Source: a virus
Lineage: Duplodnaviria; Caudoviricetes
Direction: 5' to 3' (one strand)
Virus record (IMG/VR): IMGVR_UViG_3300017700_000726
Span: 1 to 47,537 of that record
Length of the DNA stretch: 47,537 nt
Both the position numbers and the translations under genes were made by a program. Each line of letters opens with the position of its first letter. Within the stretch, counting starts at the first letter, position 1. The notes under the pieces are model-generated. The model ran no database searches. It worked only from the letters and a program-made list of their open reading frames with translations, and was not told the origin of the DNA. This document shows positions 26,493-36,103 of the stretch, piece after piece.

Positions 26493-26741
26493 ATGAAAAC
26501 CACTGAAACCTCCGCCCTCGTTCGCGCCGCTGCTTTCACCGCCGGGGAGTGTGAACTCTTCGCTCCGGGTGGCAGCGGCCCGTTCCTCAACGACTACGCC
26601 CGCATGCTCGCGGCTGGCGTCTCCGAAGAGGAAATCCTTGCCGCAATGTTCCACCTCGTAATCAGCTTCGCTATTGCTACCTCCCGCGCAACGGAAATCG
26701 ATGCCATCACCGAAGCCGCATTGACGAAGATGCGCGGCTAG
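26493..26741 (+). CDS. Hypothetical protein
   Basis: 82-aa ORF in the operon. Confidence 0.6.
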   Translation: MKTTETSALVRAAAFTAGECELFAPGGSGPFLNDYARMLAAGVSEEEILAAMFHLVISFAIATSRATEIDAITEAALTKMRG

Positions 26742-27361
26742 TGGTGGTTGCTAGCGCCTGATGCCCGGTTTGCTCCGGGCGTCTCCGTTTCCGGGTTCGG
26801 GTTGAGTCACGGCATCGATTTGGAGGGCCAGAACCATGCCGCCACGGCCCGAATGCAACCCTCCGGCTACCCATGCCTACCCTCACCCCGGAAACGCCAT
26901 CACGGCCCGCTATTCCATGCCCCGGAAACCCAGCTGCCTCGCGCGCCTGTTAGCAACTAGCAATAGCTATAGGGGGCTTCCCAGGATGCGAACGAACGAC
27001 CCGCCTCTCCCCGCCCGTTGCACCGTGGCCGGAGCTATTCCACCCTCGTAAGGAACCCCTTCCGCGTGCAGCCAATTGTGGTTTATCGCTCGCGCACCCC
27101 GCACAAGACTGAAGCAACAACTAGTCGTTAGAGGGGGTTTAAAACCCTGAAGAGCAAACGGCAAAAGCTCAAAATCGTCGGCCCGGTGCTGTTTTTAAAA
27201 CCGCTTTAACGCGCCAGCGGGTGATGCGGGCATGATGCGAGCGCGGGCCGGAGTGCGTGCCCCTACGTGCGGGGGCGCGTGCGCATGGTTGGCTAGCTAT
27301 CGCAACGGGTAGGAGCTGGCGCAAAATGGCGTGACTGCTGGGGGAAATTGGGAAATTATGA

Positions 27362-27403
27362 GTTTCACCCTCACATTACACCGGAGTAACGCGAGGGTGA
27401 AAC
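27362..27403. repeat. 42-bp dispersed palindrome, copy 11
   Basis: GTTTCACCCTCACATTAC-ACCGGA-GTAACGCGAGGGTGAAAC. Confidence 0.92.
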
Positions 27404-27510
27404 TCCCCCAAACCACAGAATGAGGCTACCATGCACGGCCCCGCGCCCCCTGATACAGCAATAACAACGACAAGCCCCGACTACATCCCCCGGACCTTGC
27501 ATCATTCCGC

Positions 27511-27708
27511 GTGGCCTTCCTCTCGGCTTCCACTTGGGCATCTGCTACTGCAACCCCGAAGGAACTTGCGTTTGCCCTTGCGGACTGGCACCCCGGACAG
27601 ACTGTTGAACACGCAATCGCGCGCCAGCGTTCTCGGCGTGAACTCGACCGGCGCGGCCTGTTGCGAAAGCAGGAGCGCGAAGCAAAAGCAGCCGCTGATG
27701 ACTTGTAA
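27511..27708 (+). CDS. Hypothetical protein (frame uncertain; alternative 27431..27718)
   Basis: This frame looks more protein-like but has no clear RBS. Confidence 0.35.
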   Translation: MAFLSASTWASATATPKELAFALADWHPGQTVEHAIARQRSRRELDRRGLLRKQEREAKAAADDL

Positions 27709-27733
27709 CCCCCTCTAAAAGAAAGGCAACCTC

Positions 27734-27895
27734 ATGTTAATCCCACTCGGAGCATTCCTGGCAGTGCTCTTCCTCATACTCGAAATTCATACGGAAGGCT
27801 CGCCACAGGCGCCTTACTTCACTTTCGGGGCTATCTGTAGCCTCTTGCTGTGCCTGCTGGGGCTTGCTCTAACCCTGCGTGAGGTGCCAGCATGA
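27734..27895 (+). CDS. Small two-TM membrane protein (53 aa, not in ORF track)
   Basis: MLIPLGAFLAVLFLIL...AICSLLLCLLGLALTL; AAAGG RBS; ATGA overlap with the next gene. Confidence 0.6.
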   Translation: MLIPLGAFLAVLFLILEIHTEGSPQAPYFTFGAICSLLLCLLGLALTLREVPA

Positions 27896-28485
27896 TCGCC
27901 CGGCTCAGCGAATGGCTTTGGGAACGGCTTGCCGCGTTCCTGGTGCGGCCAAAGGTGGTGGACTGGCTCATCAAGCGTGCAACAGCTACTCCCTATGTGC
28001 ACCTGCAAGATACTGATGGCAGCTTCTACATGATGCGGTACTGGCTGCTGAACCCCTATCAATTCGGCAAGGGAGGCACTCGCACTGGCTGGCGCAACTG
28101 GTTTCCTTCCGTGCGGTTGCACCACATCATGCGGGAAGACCTCGACCCGCACACCCATGACCATCCCTGGGAAGCTCGGACGATTATTCTGCGGGGTGCT
28201 TACTTGGAAGACAGGCTAGAGCGCCGCCACCCCTCCTTTACCCCTTTGGATCGACGCCTTCGTTATTGTCGCCTGCCCGGCGACACGGCCAAGCTCACAC
28301 TCGGCATGTTCCACCACATTACATCTGTAACCCCCGGCGGCGTGTGGACTCTTTTCATTACCTGGAAGTACCAAGGAACCTGGGGCTTCATGGTCAACGG
28401 CCAGAAAGTTCCGTACAAAGAGTACCTCGCAGGCAGCACCCACAGCCGTCCGGCACAACCAACTTCCAAGGAGACCCCGAAATGA
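27892..28485 (+). CDS. Cupin-like metal-binding protein
   Basis: LHHI...HTHDHPW...FHHI motifs. Confidence 0.65.
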   Translation: MIARLSEWLWERLAAFLVRPKVVDWLIKRATATPYVHLQDTDGSFYMMRYWLLNPYQFGKGGTRTGWRNWFPSVRLHHIMREDLDPHTHDHPWEARTIILRGAYLEDRLERRHPSFTPLDRRLRYCRLPGDTAKLTLGMFHHITSVTPGGVWTLFITWKYQGTWGFMVNGQKVPYKEYLAGSTHSRPAQPTSKETPK

Positions 28486-28712
28486 ACCTCTTCCTGTTTC
28501 TGTACATTATCATGATGGTTGTCTGTGGTGGCCACATGCTCCACGCACTGTTCAACGCGACTGACGCAGAGCGCGACGGCTTCGTGGATGACGACGACAC
28601 GCTGGGGATTCTTGTCGGAACCTTCCTCATTATGTGCCTGATCTGGCCGGTTACTTATTACTGCTGGATCAAGGATGCCCTTGAGGGCCGCGTCAAAGGC
28701 AAAAGCAAATGA
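28482..28712 (+). CDS. Small membrane protein
   Basis: AAGGAG RBS, two hydrophobic segments, ATGA overlaps on both sides. Confidence 0.65.
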   Translation: MNLFLFLYIIMMVVCGGHMLHALFNATDAERDGFVDDDDTLGILVGTFLIMCLIWPVTYYCWIKDALEGRVKGKSK

Positions 28713-29242
28713 CCCCCGACACCTCCTGCTTTTACAAGCAGCTCCACCGCCACGAGCCTTCCGAAGGCTTGATCGGGGATTGCTGGCGCACGTGCATTGC
28801 GAACTTGCTGGGGCTGAAACCTCAAGCGGTGCCACACTTCGTCCAGGACAACTTCGGTGACGGGACTGACGCTGCTGCTTCTTACAAAGCAACCCGTGAT
28901 TGGCTGGCCGCTCGCAACCTGTCATTGCTGTCAATTGCTCTGTACACAGATGAGCCGCAAACCTTCGACTTCGGCTTATCCCCTTACATCATGGGGGGGC
29001 GCAGCGGCCGGTCGGACATCAGCCATGTTGTCCTGGGCCACGGCAATTTCCAAATCCTGCACGATCCGTCCAACTCCCCGGAATCGTTCAGTGCTTTTGA
29101 GTGTGACGCCACGCTCCGACCTTATTACTGGTGCCATTTCCTTATCCCTATTAACTTGGCCGGATTTCTCAAAATTCCTTTTCCAGAACCCGCTGAATCC
29201 GCTATAGTCATTCCATCGGCTAACGATTCTCCGGGTTCCTAA
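28709..29242 (+). CDS. Hypothetical protein, possible papain-like Cys-His-Asp fold
   Basis: GDCWRTCIANLL ... SHVVL ... LHDP. Confidence 0.5.
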   Translation: MTPDTSCFYKQLHRHEPSEGLIGDCWRTCIANLLGLKPQAVPHFVQDNFGDGTDAAASYKATRDWLAARNLSLLSIALYTDEPQTFDFGLSPYIMGGRSGRSDISHVVLGHGNFQILHDPSNSPESFSAFECDATLRPYYWCHFLIPINLAGFLKIPFPEPAESAIVIPSANDSPGS

Positions 29243-29296
29243 CCGGCAACAAACAAAAGCCGATCCACCTCACACCAACCATAATGGAGCCTCACA

Positions 29297-29914
29297 ATGA
29301 CCCAAGAAAACGCTGCAGCACCGTCCGCCCCGGCAAAAACCATCACCGTCCGCATGGATGACGGCCGCGATGTCGAATTCGGTGGCAAACGCAAGATGCT
29401 GAAGACCTCCACCATCGACGAAGCCTCGGGCGAAGTCGTCGTGCGCATGGACTTCGTCAACGGCGAAACCCGCACTTACAACATCGTCTCGGCCCTGATG
29501 GCCAAGTTCGCTGCCCACGGCGCCGAGCAGAAGCTGGGCGACGAAATCGCCGGTGTCGAAGATGTCGAAGATTGCGTGATCGCTATCGATGCCATCCTGA
29601 TTCGCCTGGAAAACGGCGAGTGGAACGTCAAGCGCGACGCGAACGGCATGGCAGGCGCCTCGGTTCTGGCCAAGGCCCTGATCGAACTCACGGGCAAGTC
29701 GAAAGCCGACATCATGGTTTTCCTGGGCACGAAGTCGCACGCCGAGAAAATCGCCCTGCGCACGAACCCGAAGCTCGACGGCATCGTCAAGCGCCTGGAA
29801 GCCGAGAAGGCATCGCGCAGCACCAAGAAAGGCAGCACGATCGACAGCGATGCGTTGCTGGCCGGTCTGGGCCAGGAACTGGCGCCGGCCGAAGCGGAAG
29901 CCGCTACCGAGTAA
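29297..29914 (+). CDS. Hypothetical protein, paralogue of 24520..25185
   Basis: GGAG RBS; shared motifs including IDSDALLAGL. Confidence 0.8.
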   Translation: MTQENAAAPSAPAKTITVRMDDGRDVEFGGKRKMLKTSTIDEASGEVVVRMDFVNGETRTYNIVSALMAKFAAHGAEQKLGDEIAGVEDVEDCVIAIDAILIRLENGEWNVKRDANGMAGASVLAKALIELTGKSKADIMVFLGTKSHAEKIALRTNPKLDGIVKRLEAEKASRSTKKGSTIDSDALLAGLGQELAPAEAEAATE

Positions 29915-29988
29915 TCGGCTGCGCACCGGGAGAATCCCGGTTGCTTCAGTAGTTGTGGCGGGGGTAATTGAGCCTCCCCCTGCCGCCG

Positions 29989-30022
29989 AAAGCCCTCAGT
30001 TAGAAATAGCTGGGGGCTTTTT
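29989..30022 (+). terminator. Intrinsic terminator
   Basis: AAGCCCTCAGTTA-GAAA-TAGCTGGGGGCTT running into a T tract. Confidence 0.8.
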
Positions 30023-30043
30023 GTTGCCTGGAGAGTGGGGGGA

Positions 30044-30085
30044 GTTTTACCCTCACGTTACTCCGCTGTAACGCGCGCGTGGAAT
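30044..30085. repeat. 42-bp dispersed palindrome, copy 12
   Basis: GTTTTACCCTCACGTTAC-TCCGCT-GTAACGCGCGCGTGGAAT; a lone half-site GTAATACGCGCGTAGAAT follows at 30133-30150. Confidence 0.92.
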
Positions 30086-30205
30086 TCGGGGATAACTGAG
30101 AGGAATAATTGCTGTTACTGTGGGACGCGGGAGTAATACGCGCGTAGAATAGAGTCTAGTTGGATGACACTGCAATTGTGCGGTGCCATGAAATCGGAGG
30201 CTCAA

Positions 30206-30532
30206 ATGACTGGAAGCAGCACGCCCTGGACCCGCGAATCTATCCGCATCCTGCTCCTGCACAATGACAAAGCTGTCCTGCGTTCCGTCCTGGCGATCTA
30301 CGCCCGGCAAACTCAGTCGGAAAAAGCTGTTGCTGGGACCCTCGAAGCCAACGGTCGCGGCTTCGGAGCAGGTGACGGCACCTACTTCAGCAAGATCGCA
30401 AAGCGTATTCAGGCCCAGGAACCTCTCCCGAGTTGGGAGCTGTACAAAATCCGCCATCGCATGCTGAAGTATGCGGGGCAATTACTCCAGGTTGCGCTGG
30501 AAAACCAAATCGAAGCACTCACTAACGAATAA
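30206..30532 (+). CDS. Hypothetical protein
   Basis: GGAGG RBS before ATG 30206; IYARQT..E....NGRGF ... KYAGQL. Confidence 0.7.
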   Translation: MTGSSTPWTRESIRILLLHNDKAVLRSVLAIYARQTQSEKAVAGTLEANGRGFGAGDGTYFSKIAKRIQAQEPLPSWELYKIRHRMLKYAGQLLQVALENQIEALTNE

Positions 30533-30545
30533 GAGGAAACTTGAA

Positions 30546-30872
30546 ATGAACCTGAACGAGCAGATCAACCAAGTAGCAGCAGCCGGAACAGCTAAAATTA
30601 AGGCCCCAGCCAAGCGCAAGCCCGCTCCGTCGCTGACGGCGCAGTTGAAGAAAGCGAAAGCGGAGTTGAAGGCCGCGCAGTCCAGCCTCAAGTTTGCCCA
30701 GGAACGTGCTGACAGTTTCGAGCTGCTGGCAGAGTCCTATTCATCTTCCGTCCTGAGCACGCCAGAAGGTATGATTGAGGCTTTGGGCAGCTATCGTATT
30801 CGCAATTCCTGCGACTCTCAGACCGATGCAGTAATTCTGCGTCTCATCAATCGCCTGACCAATCTCGGCTAA
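30546..30872 (+). CDS. Hypothetical protein
   Basis: GAGG RBS; Lys/Ala-rich coiled coil. Confidence 0.65.
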   Translation: MNLNEQINQVAAAGTAKIKAPAKRKPAPSLTAQLKKAKAELKAAQSSLKFAQERADSFELLAESYSSSVLSTPEGMIEALGSYRIRNSCDSQTDAVILRLINRLTNLG

Positions 30873-30906
30873 GCCGTTACTTCCTACTCTTAAGAGGCTC
30901 ACTCTC

Positions 30907-31410
30907 ATGTTTCCAGCAACTGCTCTCACCGCCGCCCAGACTTCCGATTCCCCATTGGACATCCTGGAAGACCTCAATGCTGACCTCGCCCTCACCATGG
31001 CTAAGGACTCCATCCTCGAAGACCTCCTGACCGAAAGCATGGTGGACAAGCGCCGTGCTGACGACGTAAAGGCCGCACGCTTTACCCTGAGCAAGGGCGG
31101 CCTGCCACAAGCTGACCGCGATCACATCCAAGCCACTGTCCGTTCGTGGGAAGCCAAGCGGGAGTGGCAGCCCCAAGCTGCCGTGGTGATGTTCGCGCGT
31201 CAGCAATGCCAAAGCTGCGGGCAATTCCACACGCAGTTCCTGGGCTACTTCCAGCGCCAGACGCATCGCACTACGAAGGCGGATCGCTGGATTGCGAGCA
31301 TCAAACCGCAGGACACGCTGTTGCTGCGTGAGAGCAAGTATCAGGACAGCCACGCAGAGATTTGCGAAGACTGCGCAGAGCATTTGGGTTTTGATGTTGA
31401 GGAGAGCTGA
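30907..31410 (+). CDS. Hypothetical Zn-ribbon protein
   Basis: CQSCG and CEDC pairs. Confidence 0.7.
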   Translation: MFPATALTAAQTSDSPLDILEDLNADLALTMAKDSILEDLLTESMVDKRRADDVKAARFTLSKGGLPQADRDHIQATVRSWEAKREWQPQAAVVMFARQQCQSCGQFHTQFLGYFQRQTHRTTKADRWIASIKPQDTLLLRESKYQDSHAEICEDCAEHLGFDVEES

Positions 31411-31412
31411 TC

Positions 31413-31658
31413 ATGAAGCTCTCAGAGGGAACCAAAACAGGGCTTGTAGTTGTTGGTATGATGCTGTTGCTGTTTGCCACGCTTACTGGCCTTGCAATTG
31501 CTTATAAGACGGCGGCTATAAAAAACCATCAGCAATGGCAAGCCTGGGCATCAGCTCATAACTGCAAGATCACTTCCAAGGAAGACGCGGCAGGGTATGA
31601 AGAGGCGAAGGTTTCGTACCTGTGTGATGATGGCGTTACTTACGTGAAGGGGCAATGA
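31413..31658 (+). CDS. Membrane-anchored hypothetical protein
   Basis: N-terminal TM, then AHNCK...YLCDDGVTY. Confidence 0.7.
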   Translation: MKLSEGTKTGLVVVGMMLLLFATLTGLAIAYKTAAIKNHQQWQAWASAHNCKITSKEDAAGYEEAKVSYLCDDGVTYVKGQ

Positions 31659-31737
31659 TGTCCTATACCAAAATCCTCTGCTGCCCCCATTGCAGCGGCC
31701 CACACTCCCTCTCACAATGCCCTACCTGGAGACTCAA

Positions 31738-32496
31738 ATGAGCCGTTACAGTACCTATGGGCGCAGTAGAAGCCAGAACCTGCGGAAGTATCAACAAGAG
31801 CTGGATGAAAAGGCAGGAGCAGATGCCCTCGCCGCCCCTGCGCAGGCTAGCAGCGAGCCGACAGATAGTTGCTATGCCCACGAAGGCATGCACGGTTCGC
31901 ACTTTGCCAAGGTATGGGGCGCAGCTGGTGGTGGTGATGCTGGCCGTGCGGCCCTTGCCGAGTACGCATTCAATATCGGGAAGCGTGCCGCCCAGCCAGA
32001 GCAGGCCAAGCCGACCGACATTTCAAAACGGCTGCGTGAAGAATTGGCCAATGCACAGTGGCTCGACACCAAACTTTGGGCCAAAGCTGTCGATGAAATC
32101 GAGCGCCTTGCGGCACAAGAGGCCAAGCCGACCGACTTGCAGGGCAAGCTGCGCGAATCCTGCGACCCGGAAGATTTCGGCGTGCCTGCGCAATATGCCA
32201 AGTGCGCGCACAATTACGCGGCGTTCCTTGCATCACAAGAGGCCAAGCCGACCGAGGTGCGGGGATTGACGGATGCGGCACGGCTGGACTTCGTACTGGA
32301 CCGGAGCTTATTCATCTGCACCATCCCGGCATCGAAGAGTGGCGCCGAAGGCTACCAGTTGATGGAGCAGGACGAAGACGAAGATTACCAGGTTGTCTCG
32401 GGCGAAGGGATCGCCTACCGCACAAAGCGCGAAGCAGTTGACGCAGCTATCGCAAACATGTCCGGCGCTACAGCAGCGCAGAATGGCAAGCCATGA
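31738..32496 (+). CDS. Mosaic hypothetical protein with three AKPT linkers
   Basis: GGAG RBS; AGGCCAAGCCGACCGA at 32003, 32120 and 32240; C-terminal DAARLD...REAVDAA module. Confidence 0.7.
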   Translation: MSRYSTYGRSRSQNLRKYQQELDEKAGADALAAPAQASSEPTDSCYAHEGMHGSHFAKVWGAAGGGDAGRAALAEYAFNIGKRAAQPEQAKPTDISKRLREELANAQWLDTKLWAKAVDEIERLAAQEAKPTDLQGKLRESCDPEDFGVPAQYAKCAHNYAAFLASQEAKPTEVRGLTDAARLDFVLDRSLFICTIPASKSGAEGYQLMEQDEDEDYQVVSGEGIAYRTKREAVDAAIANMSGATAAQNGKP

Positions 32497-32574
32497 GCGC
32501 CGGCGACTGGCTGTTTCTCGGCTTCCTCATCGGAATTGCCGCGACCGTTATCACTAACCGATTTAAGGACTGAC

Positions 32575-33495
32575 ATGACCACCCCAAATCAAGCTGCGGC
32601 CATCCTGCGCAAGATCGGCGAAGCGCTGCAACTGGCGAACGACGACGAAAACGGCCCGATCACCGACACTATCTGGATGCCCGGCGTAGGATGCCAAACG
32701 CTGTTCGACTACATCGCCGAGGAAATCGAGGTGGCAGAGCGCGCAGCTATTCAACCTGCTGGCGATGCCTTCTGTGAGCCTTGCCAAGGCACTGGCATGA
32801 AGCCTCACTATCTTGGCGGCCTGACGAATTGCTTGGACTGCTCAAGCCCGAATGCTCGGCCTGCCCCGGCAGCACCTGTACAAGCTGCGCCCGATGCTGT
32901 GCTGCGTGAAGCGCTGGAGCTTACCGCAACTTGGATTGAGAGTATCCAGCCTGACAACCTCGAACTTTGGCGCGATACCAAGGTTGCGGATATTCGCAGA
33001 GCTTTGCGTACTGCCCCGGCTGTACAAGCTGCGCCCGAATGCTTGGGCATGCTGACCGAGTGCCCGACCTGCAAGAACCGGATTGCGGATTGCGTGGCTG
33101 TACAAGCTGCGCCAGTGGGGGCGGACATCCTGCCACACCCTGACTGCGACGCAGCGTGCCACTACCACTGCACGGAAGCTGGCGCGCACCCTCCCGAGTG
33201 CGTGACCGGCTGCAACCATATTTTCCATAAATGGGAGGGTCCGGAAGGCGAAACGGTTTGCGAAAAGTGTGGTGCTACCCCAGCCGCGCCCAAGGTCAAG
33301 GCGAGCGAGTTGCCGCCGCTGCCATTCTGGTTGAATCTCGAAAACCTGGGCGGACTGGTCCCTAGTGCGATTCAGCGGGAAGTGCACGCCTACGGTCAAG
33401 CGTGCATCGCTGCGGACCGTGCCGCCCGCTCGCCAGTTGCAGCGCCCCAGCCCCTTCCCAAGGAACCTTCCAATGACCCCCGGACCAAGCCATGA
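32575..33495 (+). CDS. Mosaic Cys-rich hypothetical protein with three VQAAP linkers
   Basis: AAGGA RBS; CTGTACAAGCTGCGCC at 32876, 33020 and 33098; several CxxC pairs. Confidence 0.7.
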   Translation: MTTPNQAAAILRKIGEALQLANDDENGPITDTIWMPGVGCQTLFDYIAEEIEVAERAAIQPAGDAFCEPCQGTGMKPHYLGGLTNCLDCSSPNARPAPAAPVQAAPDAVLREALELTATWIESIQPDNLELWRDTKVADIRRALRTAPAVQAAPECLGMLTECPTCKNRIADCVAVQAAPVGADILPHPDCDAACHYHCTEAGAHPPECVTGCNHIFHKWEGPEGETVCEKCGATPAAPKVKASELPPLPFWLNLENLGGLVPSAIQREVHAYGQACIAADRAARSPVAAPQPLPKEPSNDPRTKP

Positions 33496-33817
33496 CTGGC
33501 GCGACTCCATCGCAGTTGGCGATGTCCTCCGTACTCAACGATCTGGCTCTCTACGAGTGGTTCGACAAGTCGTGTATCACACTGCGCAGCGGGGCGGTCA
33601 TCTTCGTTCGATTACCCTGGCAATTAGAAGATGTTCGTGGACTGAACGGGCATATACTACCCTCAATCGAACAGATATTGCTGGAAGATTTATACCAACA
33701 GAGATCAAAGTCGCTCTTGAATCTGAACGGGACAGAGCCTTGCTTCGTGATATTAGACGACCCCCTACGGGACTTCGGGAACTCGACTGTTGCGACGGCA
33801 AAGCTTTTCCCGGCTAA
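33473..33817 (+). CDS. Hypothetical protein
   Basis: AAGGA RBS before ATG 33473; IAVGDVL SH3-like start. Confidence 0.55.
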   Translation: MTPGPSHDWRDSIAVGDVLRTQRSGSLRVVRQVVYHTAQRGGHLRSITLAIRRCSWTERAYTTLNRTDIAGRFIPTEIKVALESERDRALLRDIRRPPTGLRELDCCDGKAFPG

Positions 33818-33833
33818 GCAATTACCTAGCCGT

Positions 33834-33862
33834 TTGATCACTGCCCTACTCTCACGTATCAT
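33834..33862 (+). promoter_or_regulatory. Putative sigma70 promoter
   Basis: TTGATC-N17-TATCAT upstream of the RHH gene. Confidence 0.55.
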
Positions 33863-33895
33863 TACCACTAACCCCTAACTGAAAAGGAACCCACA

Positions 33896-34087
33896 ATGTC
33901 CCGTCCTAAAGGTATCACCCGCCGCATCAGCAAAAACATCTCCCTGCCGGAAGACATTGTCGCCCGGATGGAGCTGGAACTCTTCTCAGAAGTCGATGGC
34001 CGCATCCCGATTGGCGCGCAGTCGCAGTTGATTGAACAGCTGCTGCGTGACTACTTCAACAAGAAGCCAATAGTGGTGCAGGTATGA
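33896..34087 (+). CDS. Ribbon-helix-helix-like DNA-binding protein
   Basis: Alternating beta strand SKNISLP, helix EDIVARM, second helix SQLIEQLLRDYF. Confidence 0.65.
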   Translation: MSRPKGITRRISKNISLPEDIVARMELELFSEVDGRIPIGAQSQLIEQLLRDYFNKKPIVVQV

Positions 34088-34302
34088 TAACCCGCACCCT
34101 CACAGGCAAGACTCGCTTTCGGGAAGAGAAGCGCTGGCTCAAGCCTTCGTTGCTGATCCTGCAGGTTGAGGAACATCTCGAAGGCTACGTCCAGATGGAG
34201 CACGGCGGGGAGACTGTCGACGAACTCAAGTTCCGCGACCTCAGCGTTTGTGATTTGCAAGCACCGCTCGCGCTCACAGACTGGCCTATCATCAACAAGT
34301 AG
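34084..34302 (+). CDS. Hypothetical protein
   Basis: ATGA-coupled 72-aa ORF. Confidence 0.6.
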   Translation: MITRTLTGKTRFREEKRWLKPSLLILQVEEHLEGYVQMEHGGETVDELKFRDLSVCDLQAPLALTDWPIINK

Positions 34303-34364
34303 CAATTCGTAGTCCCACCGCAGTACGATCCAGGGCGTGGCCCTGACAGAAAAGAGAGTTAAAA

Positions 34365-35744
34365 ATGACTGAAATTGACGTATCCGGCCTTTCCGACCTT
34401 GACTGGGAAACTAAGGTTCGCCCAGAAATCGTAGCAATGGCAGAACCTGTGCAGCCTCCCCCACCCAACGGTACAGCCACTGCCGCCACCGCCATCAAAC
34501 TCAACCCCGAGCAGCAAGCCGCGCTGACCGCCCTCCTGGACTTCATCGCGGACCCCGACGAATTCTTCTTCGTTCTCTCCGGGTTCGCGGGCACTGGCAA
34601 GACTTTCCTCATGCAGGAAGTCGTCGCTCGCTGTGCCCGGTCCCAAGCCCGCTTTGCCTTCACCGCGCCCACCAACAAAGCCGCCAAGGTGCTCCGTGCG
34701 ATCACCGGCACGGCCTGCACTATTTTCAGTCTGTTGGGCCTGCGCATCGAAAAGAACGGCGAACTCAAAGAACTCGTCGGCGGCGAAGCTCCGGAAGACC
34801 TGTCTTCCCTGGACGTCATCTTCCTCGACGAAGCCTCGATGGTGAACAAGCGGCTCTTCGCGCTGCTGCAAGAAATCGTCAAGTTCCACAAGGTCAAGAT
34901 TATCTTCCTCGGCGACTCCGCGCAGCTCCCCCCAGTCGGTGAAGCCACCAGCCCTGTGTGGCAGCTCGAATCCAAAGCCGTACTCACCCAAATCATGCGC
35001 TATGATAACCAGATCCTCAAACTGGTAACAGCGATCCGTAATGTGATCCCGAGCTTTGCCCCCAGCATCGTCATCAAGTCCGACAACGCGAACGGTGAGG
35101 GCGTCTGGAAGATGCCGAAGGCTGGGTTCAAGGAATGCATCTACCAGGAAGCCATGAAAGGCACGTTCGCCGATGGCTCGAAGGGCAAGGTTATCGCATG
35201 GCGCAATGTCCGCGTGGATGAGTATAACGACCTCATACGGCGCGCGATCTTCGGCGCCACGGCCATACCGGGGAATTTCCTCATTGGCGATCGTATCATC
35301 GCTACGGCCCCGTGCAAGCGTGGTGAGGATTCGCTATTGAACACGGACGACGAAGCCATCGTTGAGAGCGTCATTGCGACCACGCACCCATGGCACCCGA
35401 AGTATCATGCGTTTGAGCTGAAATGCCGCCGTGAGGATGGCATGACAATCCGGTTGATGGTTATGCATCCCCGGAGCGCTTCGGAGTTCAGCATGGATTG
35501 CGAGGCACTCGCGCACGCCGCTCGAGGCAATTCTAAGCTGTGGAAGAAGTTCTGGGAGTTGAAGGATATCTTCCATGAAGTGAAGTATGGCTACGCCATC
35601 ACTGCCCACCGTGCGCAGGGCAGTACCTACGAGACTGTGTTTGTGGATTATCAGGACATCCTGCTGAACCGCAATCGCACGGAAGCTTTTCAATGTCTGT
35701 ACGTGGCCTGCTCGCGGACGACGACTCGGCTGTTGCTGGCATAG
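34365..35744 (+). CDS. dda: Dda/RecD-like SF1B helicase
   Basis: GFAGTGKT, APTNKAA, DEASMV, GDSAQLPPV, YAITAHRAQGSTY, LYVACSR. Confidence 0.92.
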   Translation: MTEIDVSGLSDLDWETKVRPEIVAMAEPVQPPPPNGTATAATAIKLNPEQQAALTALLDFIADPDEFFFVLSGFAGTGKTFLMQEVVARCARSQARFAFTAPTNKAAKVLRAITGTACTIFSLLGLRIEKNGELKELVGGEAPEDLSSLDVIFLDEASMVNKRLFALLQEIVKFHKVKIIFLGDSAQLPPVGEATSPVWQLESKAVLTQIMRYDNQILKLVTAIRNVIPSFAPSIVIKSDNANGEGVWKMPKAGFKECIYQEAMKGTFADGSKGKVIAWRNVRVDEYNDLIRRAIFGATAIPGNFLIGDRIIATAPCKRGEDSLLNTDDEAIVESVIATTHPWHPKYHAFELKCRREDGMTIRLMVMHPRSASEFSMDCEALAHAARGNSKLWKKFWELKDIFHEVKYGYAITAHRAQGSTYETVFVDYQDILLNRNRTEAFQCLYVACSRTTTRLLLA

Positions 35745-35801
35745 CCCTGTCGGGAACTGCTCTAACTAGGCGTGACTACTGGCATTGTCTCGGCTATATT
35801 A

Positions 35802-35843
35802 ATTCCATGCGCACGTTACTCCATTGTAACGCGCGCACAAAAC
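35802..35843. repeat. 42-bp dispersed palindrome, copy 13
   Basis: ATTCCATGCGCACGTTAC-TCCATT-GTAACGCGCGCACAAAAC. Confidence 0.92.
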
Positions 35844-35869
35844 TCACCCCCACTTTCAAGGAAACTCAA

Positions 35870-36103
35870 ATGTCCCGTATCGGTTCCACCCTCTCAGCTG
35901 CTGTCGCAATGGCCCTCGCTTCCTCCGCTATGCTTGGTCGTGCCTTCCGCACGGTCCTGCCGGATGTCCACAAGTCCTTCACTGGCGAAGTCACCCTCGC
36001 CCCAATGACCTACGGCCACAAAGGTCCTGGCATCAGCATGGCACAGCAAAAACGTGCCAGCCTCAAAAAGCGCAACCGTGCCAAGCACAAAGCTCGTTGC
36101 TAA
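35870..36103 (+). CDS. Hypothetical protein with basic C-terminus
   Basis: AAGGA RBS before ATG 35870; ends AQQKRASLKKRNRAKHK. Confidence 0.7.
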   Translation: MSRIGSTLSAAVAMALASSAMLGRAFRTVLPDVHKSFTGEVTLAPMTYGHKGPGISMAQQKRASLKKRNRAKHKARC

